Source: an uncultured Alphaproteobacteria bacterium
Lineage (GTDB): Bacteria; Pseudomonadota; Alphaproteobacteria; RF32; CAG-239
DNA: 42,162 nt
Assembly: GCA_944390035.1 (NCBI GenBank)
Contig: CALXOP010000035.1
Coordinates: forward strand, 1 to 42,162
Direction: 5' to 3'
Shown here: positions 18,769 through 29,182 of the stretch, piece after piece
How positions within the stretch are numbered: the first letter of the stretch is position 1
Layout of the letters: each line of letters begins with the position of its first letter
The notes under the pieces: model-generated
Seen by the model: only the letters and a program-made list of their open reading frames with translations
What the model was told of the DNA's origin: nothing
The model's database searches: none
Program-made: the position numbers and the translations under genes

Positions 18769-19713
18769 ATGACCGATAAAATAGATGAAGTTGTCAGCTC
18801 CTTTGCCGAAGAAAATCGGCAGGAAGGCTTGCGAGTATTTGTTGCCGGCGGCAATCGCCCCGGTAATGACCCGATATATGTAGAAGAGGCTTATAATTTA
18901 GGCCGCCAGATTATAAAACTGGATTTCAAACTTGACTTTGGCTTGTCAAATTCGGGTATTATGGGCGCTGTCGCTCGTGGGGTTTTAGACGGATGGAACA
19001 AAAAGAAAAGTCAAACCACGCCGATTCAAGGCATTACCACTCAAGCCTATTATGACCTTTATCCGCATGATGATGCCATTATCGGCCAAATTGAAGATGT
19101 GATTTTGGCCAAAACTTTGGAGGAGCGCAAACAAAAACTCCTCAATGCCGACTTTGTGGTCTTTGCACCCGGAGGAGTCGGAACTCTGGATGAGTTGGCA
19201 TATGATTGCGTTGCCATGCAAGATGGATTTTTGCCGGTAAAACCTTTTATTTTGTTTAATATTGAAGGTTATTTTCACCATTTGGTAGAATATCTTAAAT
19301 ACATATCTGCCAAAGGATTTGCCGATCCGATGCCGTTCATTATTGTTGATAACAGTGATGAATTGAGCGTTGTTTTCCGCCTTTTAAAATTGCGTTACCA
19401 AAAAGGCAAGACCACGGCTGAGGTATATTCTTCAACCCGCCAGTTGATTTATGAATTGCCTTATTTCTTAAAAAAGAAAACCGATAGCTCGGTTCACGTA
19501 GAAGATATTATTGCCAATATGAATCAAATAATTCACCATGGCACCAACGATGAACGGCAAGAGCTTGCCAATGAAATTGAAACCGCTTATCTGGAAAAAG
19601 AGATTGAGCGTATGTATGACCGCTTAGCCAAAACCGGCCGTGATACCTCCATTGTCAGTGATAAGCTCACCAATTTGAAAAAGCGCAAAAAAGCCAACAA
19701 ACAATCAAAATAA
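18769..19713 (+). CDS. LOG-family (SLOG) nucleotide phosphoribohydrolase with a C-terminal helical extension
   Basis: GIMGAVARG, ERKQKL, PGGVGTLDEL signature, KPFILFNIEGYF; about 110 extra C-terminal residues. Confidence 0.85.
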   Translation: MTDKIDEVVSSFAEENRQEGLRVFVAGGNRPGNDPIYVEEAYNLGRQIIKLDFKLDFGLSNSGIMGAVARGVLDGWNKKKSQTTPIQGITTQAYYDLYPHDDAIIGQIEDVILAKTLEERKQKLLNADFVVFAPGGVGTLDELAYDCVAMQDGFLPVKPFILFNIEGYFHHLVEYLKYISAKGFADPMPFIIVDNSDELSVVFRLLKLRYQKGKTTAEVYSSTRQLIYELPYFLKKKTDSSVHVEDIIANMNQIIHHGTNDERQELANEIETAYLEKEIERMYDRLAKTGRDTSIVSDKLTNLKKRKKANKQSK

Positions 19714-19716
19714 AAT

Positions 19717-19744
19717 AAAGCCCCGATTAGGGGCTTTGTTTTTT
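19717..19744. terminator. Bidirectional intrinsic terminator
   Basis: AAAGCCCC-gatta-GGGGCTTT between convergent genes. Confidence 0.8.
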
Positions 19745-20691
19745 TATTTGTTTTTCAAAATTTGTTTGGCTTCTTGATTGGCCTTGTCCATAATTTCAGC
19801 CGAAAGACGGAGTTTTTCTTTCTCTTCGTCGCTTAAATTCGGAACAACTGCACCATATACGCCTCTGCGGCTGACAACACTTGGCAAAGACAAGCAAACA
19901 TCTTTCACGCCTTCAACATTTTTGTGCAAAGAAGATACGGTTAGTGTGCGTTTTTCATCTTTAATAATAGCTTCGCAAATTTTTACCAAAGAGCTGGCAA
20001 TACCATAATATGTGGCACGTTTCCCGTGATAAATTTTGAAACCGGCCTCTATCACGTCTTGAGACATTTTTTGTTTAAGCTCATCAGTTAGCTTAACACC
20101 TGTTTCTTTGGCATAAAGATCAATGCCGGAACCGCCGATAGCAGCCGTTGACCAAGACACCAAAGACGAACTGCCATGCTCACCCATAACATAAGCATGA
20201 ATCGAGTGTGGAGAAATATTGAAATAATCACTCAGCATGGCTCTGAACCGCGCGGTATCCAATACGGTACCGGAGCCGATAACTCTTTGAGACGGAAATT
20301 TAGAAATATCCAAAACCACCTTGGTAATCACATCCACCGGATTAGTTGCCACCAAAATAATGCAGTTTGGTGTATTGCGAATAATTTTCGGGACAATATC
20401 GCACATAATTTTGGTATTGCTTTCCAACAACTCTAAACGATTATCCGAGAGGGCTTTCTGGCAATCAACCGTAATAATCACAATATTTGCGCCATCCAAA
20501 TCCTCATAATCGCCGCAATAAACATTGCTGTCCGAGGTCATTGCCGCGGCATGAATCACATCTAAGGCTTCGGCATTAGCTTTGTCGGTATTAATGTCCA
20601 CCAACACAATTTCTCTGGCCAAACCTTTAATCGCCAAAGTATAGGCAGTTGTACTGCCGACAAATCCGGCACCGATAATTCCGACTTTCAT
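19744..20691 (-). CDS. ldh: L-lactate/2-hydroxyacid dehydrogenase family protein
   Basis: GAGFVG, ATNPVD, GSGTVLDTARF, MGEHG, ATYYGIA; the mobile loop is atypical. Confidence 0.75.
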   Translation of the reverse strand: MKVGIIGAGFVGSTTAYTLAIKGLAREIVLVDINTDKANAEALDVIHAAAMTSDSNVYCGDYEDLDGANIVIITVDCQKALSDNRLELLESNTKIMCDIVPKIIRNTPNCIILVATNPVDVITKVVLDISKFPSQRVIGSGTVLDTARFRAMLSDYFNISPHSIHAYVMGEHGSSSLVSWSTAAIGGSGIDLYAKETGVKLTDELKQKMSQDVIEAGFKIYHGKRATYYGIASSLVKICEAIIKDEKRTLTVSSLHKNVEGVKDVCLSLPSVVSRRGVYGAVVPNLSDEEKEKLRLSAEIMDKANQEAKQILKNK

Positions 20692-20815
20692 GGACTTTCT
20701 CCCACATAGGTTAATGATGTCATTATTTAATACTATTTTTATAAAATTTGCAATTTTTTATCATATTTTAATTTTTTAGGCGCAAACTATTTGCAATTTA
20801 TAATCAAACACCGAG

Positions 20816-21994
20816 ATGAAAATGCCGCAAAACACATTGCATCGACAGTTAAACCGAAACCTTAATTTGTATTTGTCACAGGGGTTTTTGAGTTGGTTTA
20901 TTATCTCTTGGCCGATAGAGATACTCTATTTTGCACAAATCTTAGAAAGCTATACGTTGGCAATGAGCTTGTTTGCTCTGCAAAATTTATGCTTGGTCTT
21001 TTTTGAGTTGCCGTTGAATTGGTTGGCCGATAAATACGGGCGCAAAAATCTTTGCATCTTAGGGTCTTTATCGCTGTTTTTGGGCTATTTGTGTTATAGT
21101 TTTGCCGGTGGATATTTTCTGTTGGTTTTCGGGGCAATTTTTTGCGGAATAAGCCGCTCTCTCCATGTTAACACCGATGCACTTATTTATGGTAGCTTGC
21201 AATATATGCACCGCCTGCCGGAATATGAGCCTATCCGAGCCAAGTGCCGCAATATTATGCAAATAGGTCTGGGCTTAGCGGCCTTTGCCAGCATTATAGC
21301 GGTGATGTATTCTTTGCGGTTAGCCGTACAAATAACGCTTGTTCCTTTGGCAGTCTCGTTTATTTTGTCGCTGTTTTTAATCGAAGCGCCGTTTCCTCAG
21401 CCGCGAAACGATAATTTCTTCATCCACCTCAAAATGGTGCTCAAATATATACAAGGCAATCGGCGTTTAAGCGGCTTGGCCTTAGGGGAATCTTTGCGCT
21501 ATGGGCTAAATGAAGCAGCGTTTGACTTTAATGCAGCCTTTTTCAAACAATTTGTTCCGGTCTGGAGCTTAGGCATCTTCAGAGCTTTAGGTCTGGCACT
21601 TGAATATTTGGGCAACCGTTTGTCCTCTTTGTTCGCAGCACAATGGGGAATTTCAAAAACCACGATACGCGGGGCCTTTGCCGATAGCTGTATTAATATC
21701 GTTGCGGTTTTGATGTCAAGTTTTTGGAGCTTATTCGTGCGCTTAGGAGCCCCGTTTTGCAGCGGTGTGCGCGAGCCTTTGCAAAAGTCACTCATTAAAG
21801 ATGAGAGTCCGGACAGAACCCATGAGATTATTGTATTGTTAATGTCGTTGGGCAAAAGTTTAATCTATGCCGTATGCGCCCTTTTTATTGGAATTGTAGC
21901 CGATTTGAGCAATCCTTATTGGGCATTGCTGAGTGCCTATATTTTGTGCTTGTTATCAAACTGGTTATACCAAGAAAGTCTCAAGGAAGAATAA
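20816..21994 (+). CDS. MFS transporter
   Basis: About 12 hydrophobic segments, FELPLNWLADKYGRK motif A. Confidence 0.85.
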   Translation: MKMPQNTLHRQLNRNLNLYLSQGFLSWFIISWPIEILYFAQILESYTLAMSLFALQNLCLVFFELPLNWLADKYGRKNLCILGSLSLFLGYLCYSFAGGYFLLVFGAIFCGISRSLHVNTDALIYGSLQYMHRLPEYEPIRAKCRNIMQIGLGLAAFASIIAVMYSLRLAVQITLVPLAVSFILSLFLIEAPFPQPRNDNFFIHLKMVLKYIQGNRRLSGLALGESLRYGLNEAAFDFNAAFFKQFVPVWSLGIFRALGLALEYLGNRLSSLFAAQWGISKTTIRGAFADSCINIVAVLMSSFWSLFVRLGAPFCSGVREPLQKSLIKDESPDRTHEIIVLLMSLGKSLIYAVCALFIGIVADLSNPYWALLSAYILCLLSNWLYQESLKEE

Positions 21995-22066
21995 TTTCGC
22001 TTAAATAAATTTTTTATTTGTGCTATACTCTGAGCGTTTGAGTAATATAAGCGGGAAGATTTTTTT

Positions 22067-23839
22067 ATGCAAACCTCAGTAGCTCGTTTTCTTTGGCACT
22101 ATGCACGCCGCCTCAAAGGCCTATGTGTCGTAATGGTTTTGGTTATGTTTGGAGCGCAGTTTTTCAGCCGCAGCACCAACTGGGCCAGTGCGCAAATGAT
22201 AGAGATTATATCGCAAGGCTCAGCCGATAACGAGACTCTGCAAAAGATTATTCACTATCTGGTTTTAATCTTGCTGTGTTTGCTAATGCAAAGTTTGCTG
22301 GTTATATCCACCCGCATGCTGGATATGAAATTTCTGCCTTATTATATCGGCAAAATGTCCAAAGACTTATTTACTTGGGCGCACAAGCACTCAACCGCTT
22401 TTTTTGCCGAAGAAATGGCGGGAAATGTCTCCGGCAAAATCAAAACCATCCTCAATAACAGCGAAGCGCTCTACTACCATATTATGCAAGGCTTTTTGTT
22501 TCCGGTAGGCAGTTTTCTGACAGCTTTTTTCTTTATCGGACAAATCAGACTGTCTTTAGCCCTGTGGTTTAGCTTGCTCTGTGTCATTTTAGCTTTTGTA
22601 CAAATCAGAATTCGCAAAGGCATCGGTTCTCTTTCATCCCGCAAAGCAAAGCTCATGTCGGAATCAAACGGTATCTTGGTGGATAGCATTACCAATTCGG
22701 ATTTGGTTAAAAACTGCGCTAATTTTAATTATGAACGTCGCACCTATTATGATTCGGTCAGAAAAGCTCTCAAAGCCGTCCGCAAAGAGGTCAAACGTAG
22801 CGCTTGGGTTGATACTTTCTCCCGAATGATTAATGATACCATGACTATCAGCTTTTATCTGCTGACGTTTTATTATTGGTACTATAAGAACTTGAGCGTC
22901 GGCGATGTAGTTTTAATCTTGTCGCTTATTTCTTCTATGACGCAATCCATGATGCACATGGGCTTTTTCTGCACGAATTATGTAATGTTTACGGGCGGTA
23001 TTCAAGATGGGCTTGATTTGCTCAATAAACCTTGCGATATTGAAGATGCCAAAAATGCCGCGCCTTTGGCTGTCACAGAAGGAAAAATCTCATTTTCGCA
23101 TGTGAATTATCACTATAAAAACGCCTCAGCCTTGTTTAGCGACTTTAACTTGACCATCGGACCAAAAGAAAAAATAGGCCTTGTGGGGCGTTCGGGTTCG
23201 GGTAAATCCACATTGATAAAATTGCTGTCGCGTTACTATGATGTCCAAGGCGGTTCAATAGAAATTGATTCTCAAGACATTAGAACCGTGACACAAAATT
23301 CTCTGCGGCAAAACATAGCTCTTATACCGCAAGACCCGAGCTTGTTTAATCGCACGATTATGGAAAATATTCGCTACGGCAATATTCATGCCTCCGATGA
23401 AGAAGTGATAGAAGCCGCCCAAAAAGCCTATATTCATGACTATATTATGAGCTTGCCTGATGGCTATAACAGCAAAGTCGGTGAAAGAGGGGTTATGCTC
23501 TCAGGCGGTGAACGCCAACGCATCGCTATTGCGCGAGCCATACTTAAAAATGCTCCGATTCTTATTTTGGATGAAGCCACCTCTGCCTTAGACAGCGAGA
23601 GCGAAAACTATATCCAAACCGCCCTCAAAGAGCTCATGAAGGACAAAACGGTAATCGCCATTGCCCATCGTCTTTCCACCCTCAAAGAGATGAACAAATT
23701 AGTGGTAATGGAAAAAGGCGCAATCAAAGAAATCGGTACCCATGCCGCGCTTATCCGCAAAAAAGGGGCTTATTACCAATTTTATCAAATGCAGTCTTCA
23801 GGCTTTCTGCAAATTGAAGAAGATGAGACTAGCGCTTAA
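22067..23839 (+). CDS. ABC exporter, fused TMD-NBD half transporter
   Basis: N-terminal TM domain, Walker A GRSGSGKST, LSGGERQR, ILILDEATSALD, IAHRLST. Confidence 0.93.
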   Translation: MQTSVARFLWHYARRLKGLCVVMVLVMFGAQFFSRSTNWASAQMIEIISQGSADNETLQKIIHYLVLILLCLLMQSLLVISTRMLDMKFLPYYIGKMSKDLFTWAHKHSTAFFAEEMAGNVSGKIKTILNNSEALYYHIMQGFLFPVGSFLTAFFFIGQIRLSLALWFSLLCVILAFVQIRIRKGIGSLSSRKAKLMSESNGILVDSITNSDLVKNCANFNYERRTYYDSVRKALKAVRKEVKRSAWVDTFSRMINDTMTISFYLLTFYYWYYKNLSVGDVVLILSLISSMTQSMMHMGFFCTNYVMFTGGIQDGLDLLNKPCDIEDAKNAAPLAVTEGKISFSHVNYHYKNASALFSDFNLTIGPKEKIGLVGRSGSGKSTLIKLLSRYYDVQGGSIEIDSQDIRTVTQNSLRQNIALIPQDPSLFNRTIMENIRYGNIHASDEEVIEAAQKAYIHDYIMSLPDGYNSKVGERGVMLSGGERQRIAIARAILKNAPILILDEATSALDSESENYIQTALKELMKDKTVIAIAHRLSTLKEMNKLVVMEKGAIKEIGTHAALIRKKGAYYQFYQMQSSGFLQIEEDETSA

Positions 23840-24791
23840 ATTGAATATATTTGTTGAGTTGCAAGCTATCAATAATTTCCATCACGGCAGCAAATTGTTC
23901 AAAGGCGCGGTCAATCATTTGGCGATTAGTGGTGCGTTGAAAGATTGATGAAATCTCAAACATATTTTGCTTGGTTTCAATGCTGATGAGCAATTTGTTA
24001 TCAAAAAAGCTAAATTGAATTGTTTTGCCCAGAAAGGCTGTTTGAGCTTGTAAAATTCTCTCCATAAAGGCGGTGGTCAGCAAATATCTGGCTTCCACCT
24101 GATTATCTCCGAACACTTCAAATTGTTTTTCAAAGACCGGATCTTCAAGTTTGATGCGCTCTCCGCGCCCGATTTTTTTGAAGATATTGAAGAGTCCGCT
24201 GTCTTTTATCACCACGGTTTGCCCATCAAATTTTTTCTTGAGTTCAAACAAAATAACCACACCTTTGAACACGGTAACATTGGTCGAGCCGTTTTTGGTG
24301 CGCACTTTTTTATAAAGCGTTTCTTCGGCGATTGTGGTCTTGGTGTTGTTATAAACCCCGCAAAAAAAATCATCACCGTTGGAAGAATCAAATTGTGGAA
24401 AGACTTTTGATTTGGATAAAATCTCGGAAGGAATTTCCAAGCCGTTGGCATAAGAAAAATCCCCCCAAAAACCGGCAAATTCTTCCATCACGTCTTTTTT
24501 TATGGCCACAATAAAATTGGTAATCGGAGCACTGCAGTAAAAATAAGTAAAAGCAACATAAAGAAACAAGCCGTAAGTGGTGAATTTTAAGCAAGTTTCG
24601 CTCTCTTTCACCATATCTCCCCAGAAAGCCATCCAGCATCCCAGCATCAAAAGTGGAATAAAGAACGCGGTCAGGAGCATACGATTAATAAAAATATTGA
24701 GTTGTTTTTGTCGTTCAACTTCCATTTCCGCAAATTTTCCTAATAACTTGCGGTTATAAAATTCGTCAAATTCAGCTTTAGTCTTGAGCAT
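23829..24791 (-). CDS. DUF3137-family membrane protein
   Basis: 2 TM helices, then KLEDPVFEKQFEVFGDNQVEARYLLTTAFMERI; coupled to lemA by a TAATG overlap. Confidence 0.8.
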   Translation of the reverse strand: MLKTKAEFDEFYNRKLLGKFAEMEVERQKQLNIFINRMLLTAFFIPLLMLGCWMAFWGDMVKESETCLKFTTYGLFLYVAFTYFYCSAPITNFIVAIKKDVMEEFAGFWGDFSYANGLEIPSEILSKSKVFPQFDSSNGDDFFCGVYNNTKTTIAEETLYKKVRTKNGSTNVTVFKGVVILFELKKKFDGQTVVIKDSGLFNIFKKIGRGERIKLEDPVFEKQFEVFGDNQVEARYLLTTAFMERILQAQTAFLGKTIQFSFFDNKLLISIETKQNMFEISSIFQRTTNRQMIDRAFEQFAAVMEIIDSLQLNKYIQFKR

Positions 24792-25357
24792 TATTTAAAG
24801 TAATCCGCACTGTTAATAGATTTTTTCTCTTCTTCTTGCGCCTCAAAATAGGGCATATCCGCCTTAATTCCGAGCATTTTTGCCATCACACTGCTGGGGA
24901 AAATTTCGGTAGCGTTGACCAAATCATTAACAGCCGAGTTATAAAAGCGTCTGGCAGCGGCAATGTGTTCTTCCACACTTTGCAAAGATTGCATGGTCTC
25001 AAGCAGGGCTTGGTTAGACTTCATGTCCGGATAATTTTCTACAGAGATGTTAAATTCTTTGAGTTTTGCCTCCAATAAAGATTCATTTTCAATTTTGGCT
25101 TTCGGGTCAGCTCTAAAAGATGAGCTCATGGCATTTGTTCTTAACTTTGCGATTTCTGCCATCAGATTTTTTTCATGTTCCATATATTTTGCCGCCATAT
25201 TCATCATATTGGGAATAAGGTCGTAACGTTTTTTGAGCTGCACATCAATACCCGACATAGCTTCGTTTACTTTATTTTTTTTCAAGATAACGCCGGCATA
25301 TAAGACATAAAGAACCACAACCACAATGCCTAACACTACCCAACCCAAAACAGACAT
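24791..25357 (-). CDS. lemA: LemA family protein
   Basis: N-terminal TM helix, IDVQLKKRYDLIPN, ENYPDMKSN, IAAARRFYNSAV, FPS. Confidence 0.93.
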   Translation of the reverse strand: MSVLGWVVLGIVVVVLYVLYAGVILKKNKVNEAMSGIDVQLKKRYDLIPNMMNMAAKYMEHEKNLMAEIAKLRTNAMSSSFRADPKAKIENESLLEAKLKEFNISVENYPDMKSNQALLETMQSLQSVEEHIAAARRFYNSAVNDLVNATEIFPSSVMAKMLGIKADMPYFEAQEEEKKSINSADYFK

Positions 25358-25476
25358 AATTTTACTCCTATAGAAATTTACGAATAACCTTATGTTGGCG
25401 TAAAAATATTAAATTTTATTAAAGAGTTAGCAATATATTCATTATTTTTAGCTAATTTGGCACTAAGGAGAACAAA

Positions 25477-26703
25477 ATGTTAAATTGGATATGGTGTGGC
25501 TTTTTCATCGCGGCCTTTTTAGCCGCTCTGGCGCAAAGTTTGTTTTTGGGCAATAGCGAAATTTGGAGCGAGTTGATTGGCTCAACCTTTACTTCCGCCA
25601 AAACGGCTTTTCAAATTTGCCTAAATTTAACCGGCATGCTGTGCTTGTGGTTAGGTCTCTTAAAAATTGCCGAAAAATCAGGAATAACAAATCTTTTAGC
25701 CGCTTTCCTCAAGCCTCTGTTTCAAAAAATTATGCCGGACGTCCCTGCAAACCATCCGGCCCTTGGCTCGATTGTTATGAATATTGCCGCCAATGTCTTA
25801 GGGCTGGATAATGCCGCTACCCCGATGGGGCTAAAAGCCATGGAACAACTGCAAACGCTCAATCCTCATAAAGACCAAGCCTCTCCGGCGCAAATCTTGT
25901 TTATGGTGATTAATGCCTCTGCCGTCACCCTTATTCCGATAACGATTTTAATGTATCGCGCAGAGTTGGGCTCGCTTAATCCTTCAGCGGTTTTTGTCCC
26001 CATCTTGCTTGCCACATCTGTCTCCAGCTTGGTTGGCTTTTTAGCCGTCGCTTGGGTGCAAAAATTGCCGATTTTCAATCGTGTCGTCTTGAGCTATTTA
26101 GTCGGATTTTTAGCCCTTATCGGCGGTCTTGCCTGGTATTTCTTGTCACTTTCGCCCGAAGATAGATTAACAGCCTCAGCCCAAGGCGGCAATTTTATAT
26201 TGTTTGCAGTTATAATTATTTTTATTGCCGCCGGTTTAATCAAAAAATTAAATGTGTATGAGGAATTCATCCTTGGCGCCAAAGAAGGATTTGACATCGC
26301 CGTCCGCATTATTCCTTACTTGGTAGCCATGCTGGTTGCCATTGCCGTCTTTCGCACATCGGGTTGTCTGGATTATATTGTTCAGGCCTTTGGCTGGCTG
26401 TTTTCATCTCTTGGACTGAATACGGATTTTGTGGCCGCCTTGCCAACCGCTGTCATGAAACCGCTATCTGGCAGCGGGGCCAGAGCCATGATGATAGAAA
26501 CCATGCAAACCTATGGAGCTGATAGCTTTCCGGCATTTGTATCTTGCGTCATCCAAGGCTCCACCGAAACCACGTTTTATGTCCTAGCGGTTTATTTTGG
26601 AGTGGTCAAAGTCACCAAAGTCGGAGCCGCACTTCCTTGTGCTCTTTTGGCCGATTTGGCAGGAATCATCGCCGCCATTTGCTTGGCATATGTATTTTAT
26701 TAA
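25477..26703 (+). CDS. Fused SpmA/SpmB nucleoside-recognition (Gate) membrane protein
   Basis: MLNWIW, WLGLLKIAE, ANVLGLDNAATPMGLKAM, KPLSGSGA, GSTETTFYVLAVYFG; RBS AAGGAG. Confidence 0.88.
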   Translation: MLNWIWCGFFIAAFLAALAQSLFLGNSEIWSELIGSTFTSAKTAFQICLNLTGMLCLWLGLLKIAEKSGITNLLAAFLKPLFQKIMPDVPANHPALGSIVMNIAANVLGLDNAATPMGLKAMEQLQTLNPHKDQASPAQILFMVINASAVTLIPITILMYRAELGSLNPSAVFVPILLATSVSSLVGFLAVAWVQKLPIFNRVVLSYLVGFLALIGGLAWYFLSLSPEDRLTASAQGGNFILFAVIIIFIAAGLIKKLNVYEEFILGAKEGFDIAVRIIPYLVAMLVAIAVFRTSGCLDYIVQAFGWLFSSLGLNTDFVAALPTAVMKPLSGSGARAMMIETMQTYGADSFPAFVSCVIQGSTETTFYVLAVYFGVVKVTKVGAALPCALLADLAGIIAAICLAYVFY

Positions 26704-26734
26704 AAGAAAAGCTCCGCAAGGGGAGCTTTTCTTT
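26703..26734. terminator. Bidirectional intrinsic terminator
   Basis: AAAGAAAAGCTCC-gcaagg-GGAGCTTTTCTTT. Confidence 0.85.
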
Positions 26735-28520
26735 AAGCAATTTTCTTTGATTTAAATTGTGCATTGTACAAGGCCTTATAAGCACCGTTTTCAATGTTTA
26801 ATAATTGCTCGTGCGTTCCTTGTTCCACAATTTCGCCGTCATTTACCACAACAATATTATCGGCATTTTGTACGGTTGACAAGCGGTGAGCAATCACAAA
26901 CACAGTTCTGTCTTGCATCAAATTATCGATGGCCTTTTGCACCACAGCCTCGGCTTTGTTATCCAATGCGGATGTTGCTTCATCCAAAATCACGACCGGA
27001 GCATTCTTGATAAAAGCTCTTGCAATAGCCAAACGTTGACGTTGCCCGCCCGAAAGTAAAGAACCTCTTTCACCGATTTTGGTATCAAGTCCATCTTTGA
27101 GTTCAGAAATAAACTCGTCCAAACAAGCCATCTTAACAGCCTTAGCGATTTCTTCTTCCGTGGCATCTTCTTTACCTAACAAAATATTGTCACGAATTGT
27201 ACCGGCAAACAAGAAATTATCTTGGAACACCACAGCAATATTATCGCGCAAACTTTGCAATGTAAAATCTCTGATATCTGTTCCGTCAATGGTAATTGAC
27301 CCGCTTTTTACATCATAAAATCTGGGAATCAGGTTGACAATTGTGGTTTTTCCGCCGCCTGAATTTCCAACCAAAGCGATTGTCGAGCCGGATTTAACGT
27401 TCAGATTAATATCTTTTAAAACCGGCACTCCTTCATTATACTCAAAATCGACATGATGAAATTGAATACCCTTATGAACACCAAGGAGCTTCTGTGCATC
27501 CGGACGATTTACAATAGTCGGTTCGGTTTCCAAAATTTCTACCACACGCTCAATAGCCAAAAACGAAACTTGCATGGCGTTATAGTTTTTGCCAATACTT
27601 TTGATTGGGGTATAAAGCAGAATAAGCGCCGTAATAAAAGACACAAAGTTACCGCTGGTAATGGTGCCGTTAACAATTAAATAGCTGCCATAACCAATCA
27701 CGGCGCCGATACCGATAGAAACAATAATATGCAAAGCCGGCGTCATCCATGCGGTTTTTTGCACCATTTTAATAGTGAGCTTAAACAGGTTTCGCAACGT
27801 ATCATCAAAGCGATGATAAATTTTGCGCTGCAAATTATAAGAGGCGATTGTTTTGTTCCCTGAACAAGTTTCGGTATAGTTAGAAAGAATTTTTGCGCTT
27901 TCGACCACACTTCCCAAAACCACACGTTTAATTCTTCTTCTAACCGAAGCCAGAGGCATCAAAGCGCATCCCAAAATCAACACGGCAATGATGGCCAACT
28001 GCCAAGAGTTATAGATTAAAACGCATACCAAGGAAACCGAAGAAAAGAAACGCGATACAAATACTTTTAAATTTTCCAGCAAACCGGCACAAGCAACATC
28101 ACAATCTGAGCTGAAGCGCTGAACAATAAATCCTGAGTCATGCTGGTCAAAATAAGCTGTTTGCATGTGTAAAAGTTTTCGATAAAGGGAGCGTTTCAAA
28201 TCTTGATTAATTTTTGTGCCGACCCAAGTATTAAGATATGTGGCCGCATAATTAAGTCCGCCTTGCACCGACGTAAATGCAACAATTAATAACGGAATAT
28301 AAGCCGGAGAGGAGCTTGATTTGTCAACCAAAACAATATCCATATAAGGCTTTAAAGACAAAGCCACCACCGAATCTAAAGCCCCGATAGGAATACAAAT
28401 TAAAATGGCCAAAATAGCCCGAAACAAATAGGGCTTAACAAAAGGCCACATTTTTTTGTAGTGCTCGGTAAATTCGAGTTTTTTTGGTTCTTCATCAATT
28501 TGAATTTTATCTTCAATCAT
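26733..28520 (-). CDS. msbA: MsbA-like lipid ABC exporter
   Basis: 6-TM domain, LLYTPIKSIG, Walker A GNSGGGKTT, NLIPRFYD, LSGGQRQR, DEATSALD. Confidence 0.7.
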   Translation of the reverse strand: MIEDKIQIDEEPKKLEFTEHYKKMWPFVKPYLFRAILAILICIPIGALDSVVALSLKPYMDIVLVDKSSSSPAYIPLLIVAFTSVQGGLNYAATYLNTWVGTKINQDLKRSLYRKLLHMQTAYFDQHDSGFIVQRFSSDCDVACAGLLENLKVFVSRFFSSVSLVCVLIYNSWQLAIIAVLILGCALMPLASVRRRIKRVVLGSVVESAKILSNYTETCSGNKTIASYNLQRKIYHRFDDTLRNLFKLTIKMVQKTAWMTPALHIIVSIGIGAVIGYGSYLIVNGTITSGNFVSFITALILLYTPIKSIGKNYNAMQVSFLAIERVVEILETEPTIVNRPDAQKLLGVHKGIQFHHVDFEYNEGVPVLKDINLNVKSGSTIALVGNSGGGKTTIVNLIPRFYDVKSGSITIDGTDIRDFTLQSLRDNIAVVFQDNFLFAGTIRDNILLGKEDATEEEIAKAVKMACLDEFISELKDGLDTKIGERGSLLSGGQRQRLAIARAFIKNAPVVILDEATSALDNKAEAVVQKAIDNLMQDRTVFVIAHRLSTVQNADNIVVVNDGEIVEQGTHEQLLNIENGAYKALYNAQFKSKKIA

Positions 28521-28577
28521 CGTTTTTCCTTAAAAATATAGATAAGGTATAATAAAAAATTTTATGTTTAATGCAAG

Positions 28578-29057
28578 CTATAAGTGAATAATCCCTAAAA
28601 ACTGCAACACCGCAACCACAAATCCGATTTGCATAATCAAAACAAATGCAAATTCAGCCTGATAGCTTTTCTTTTTGTTTTTGTGGTGTAAGGTTTTTTG
28701 CGCGAGCAAAGCCCCGCTCCAGCCGCCAAGCATTTCCAAGGCATGCAGGTTTCTTTCGGGCACACGCCACTCACCTTTAACGGCCGCACGCTTATCAACA
28801 AAATAGGCCAAATAAGTAACCGGATTGATAACCACAAATTGATACACCAAAAACAACAAAAGTGTTTTGGGTGCAAACGGCGTCACTCTAAAATAGTGTG
28901 TTTCAATATAATAGGCTCCCAAAATAACGATTCCGGCATGGAGCAGAAAGAAACTGTTTTTTTGCAAAGGTCGGATAAGGAGTAACAATCCGATTAAAAT
29001 TGTGCTTGCGGTAATAACCATAGATTTTCTCTGATAAATTAACAACACGTCAGGCAT
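28578..29057 (-). CDS. DUF1294-family membrane protein
   Basis: DKRAAVKGEWRVPERNLHALEMLGGWSGALLAQKTLHHKNKK signature; start uncertain (29057 ATG, 29087 GTG or later). Confidence 0.8.
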   Translation of the reverse strand: MPDVLLIYQRKSMVITASTILIGLLLLIRPLQKNSFFLLHAGIVILGAYYIETHYFRVTPFAPKTLLLFLVYQFVVINPVTYLAYFVDKRAAVKGEWRVPERNLHALEMLGGWSGALLAQKTLHHKNKKKSYQAEFAFVLIMQIGFVVAVLQFLGIIHL

Positions 29058-29182
29058 AATAACGAAATTATAAAAAAAAGCAACCACCTATCAAATAGTG
29101 AATAACTAAAAAAAAGATAATGAGATTTAAAAAAATGCCTTTATATTAAGGTTAATAAAAAGTAAAAATTTAAGGATAAGAG

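Noticed and set aside
28559-28571. TTTTATGTTTAA match to the cassette leader motif
   Set aside because: On the + strand with no following ORF; it lies in the probable msbA promoter spacer and is likely coincidental
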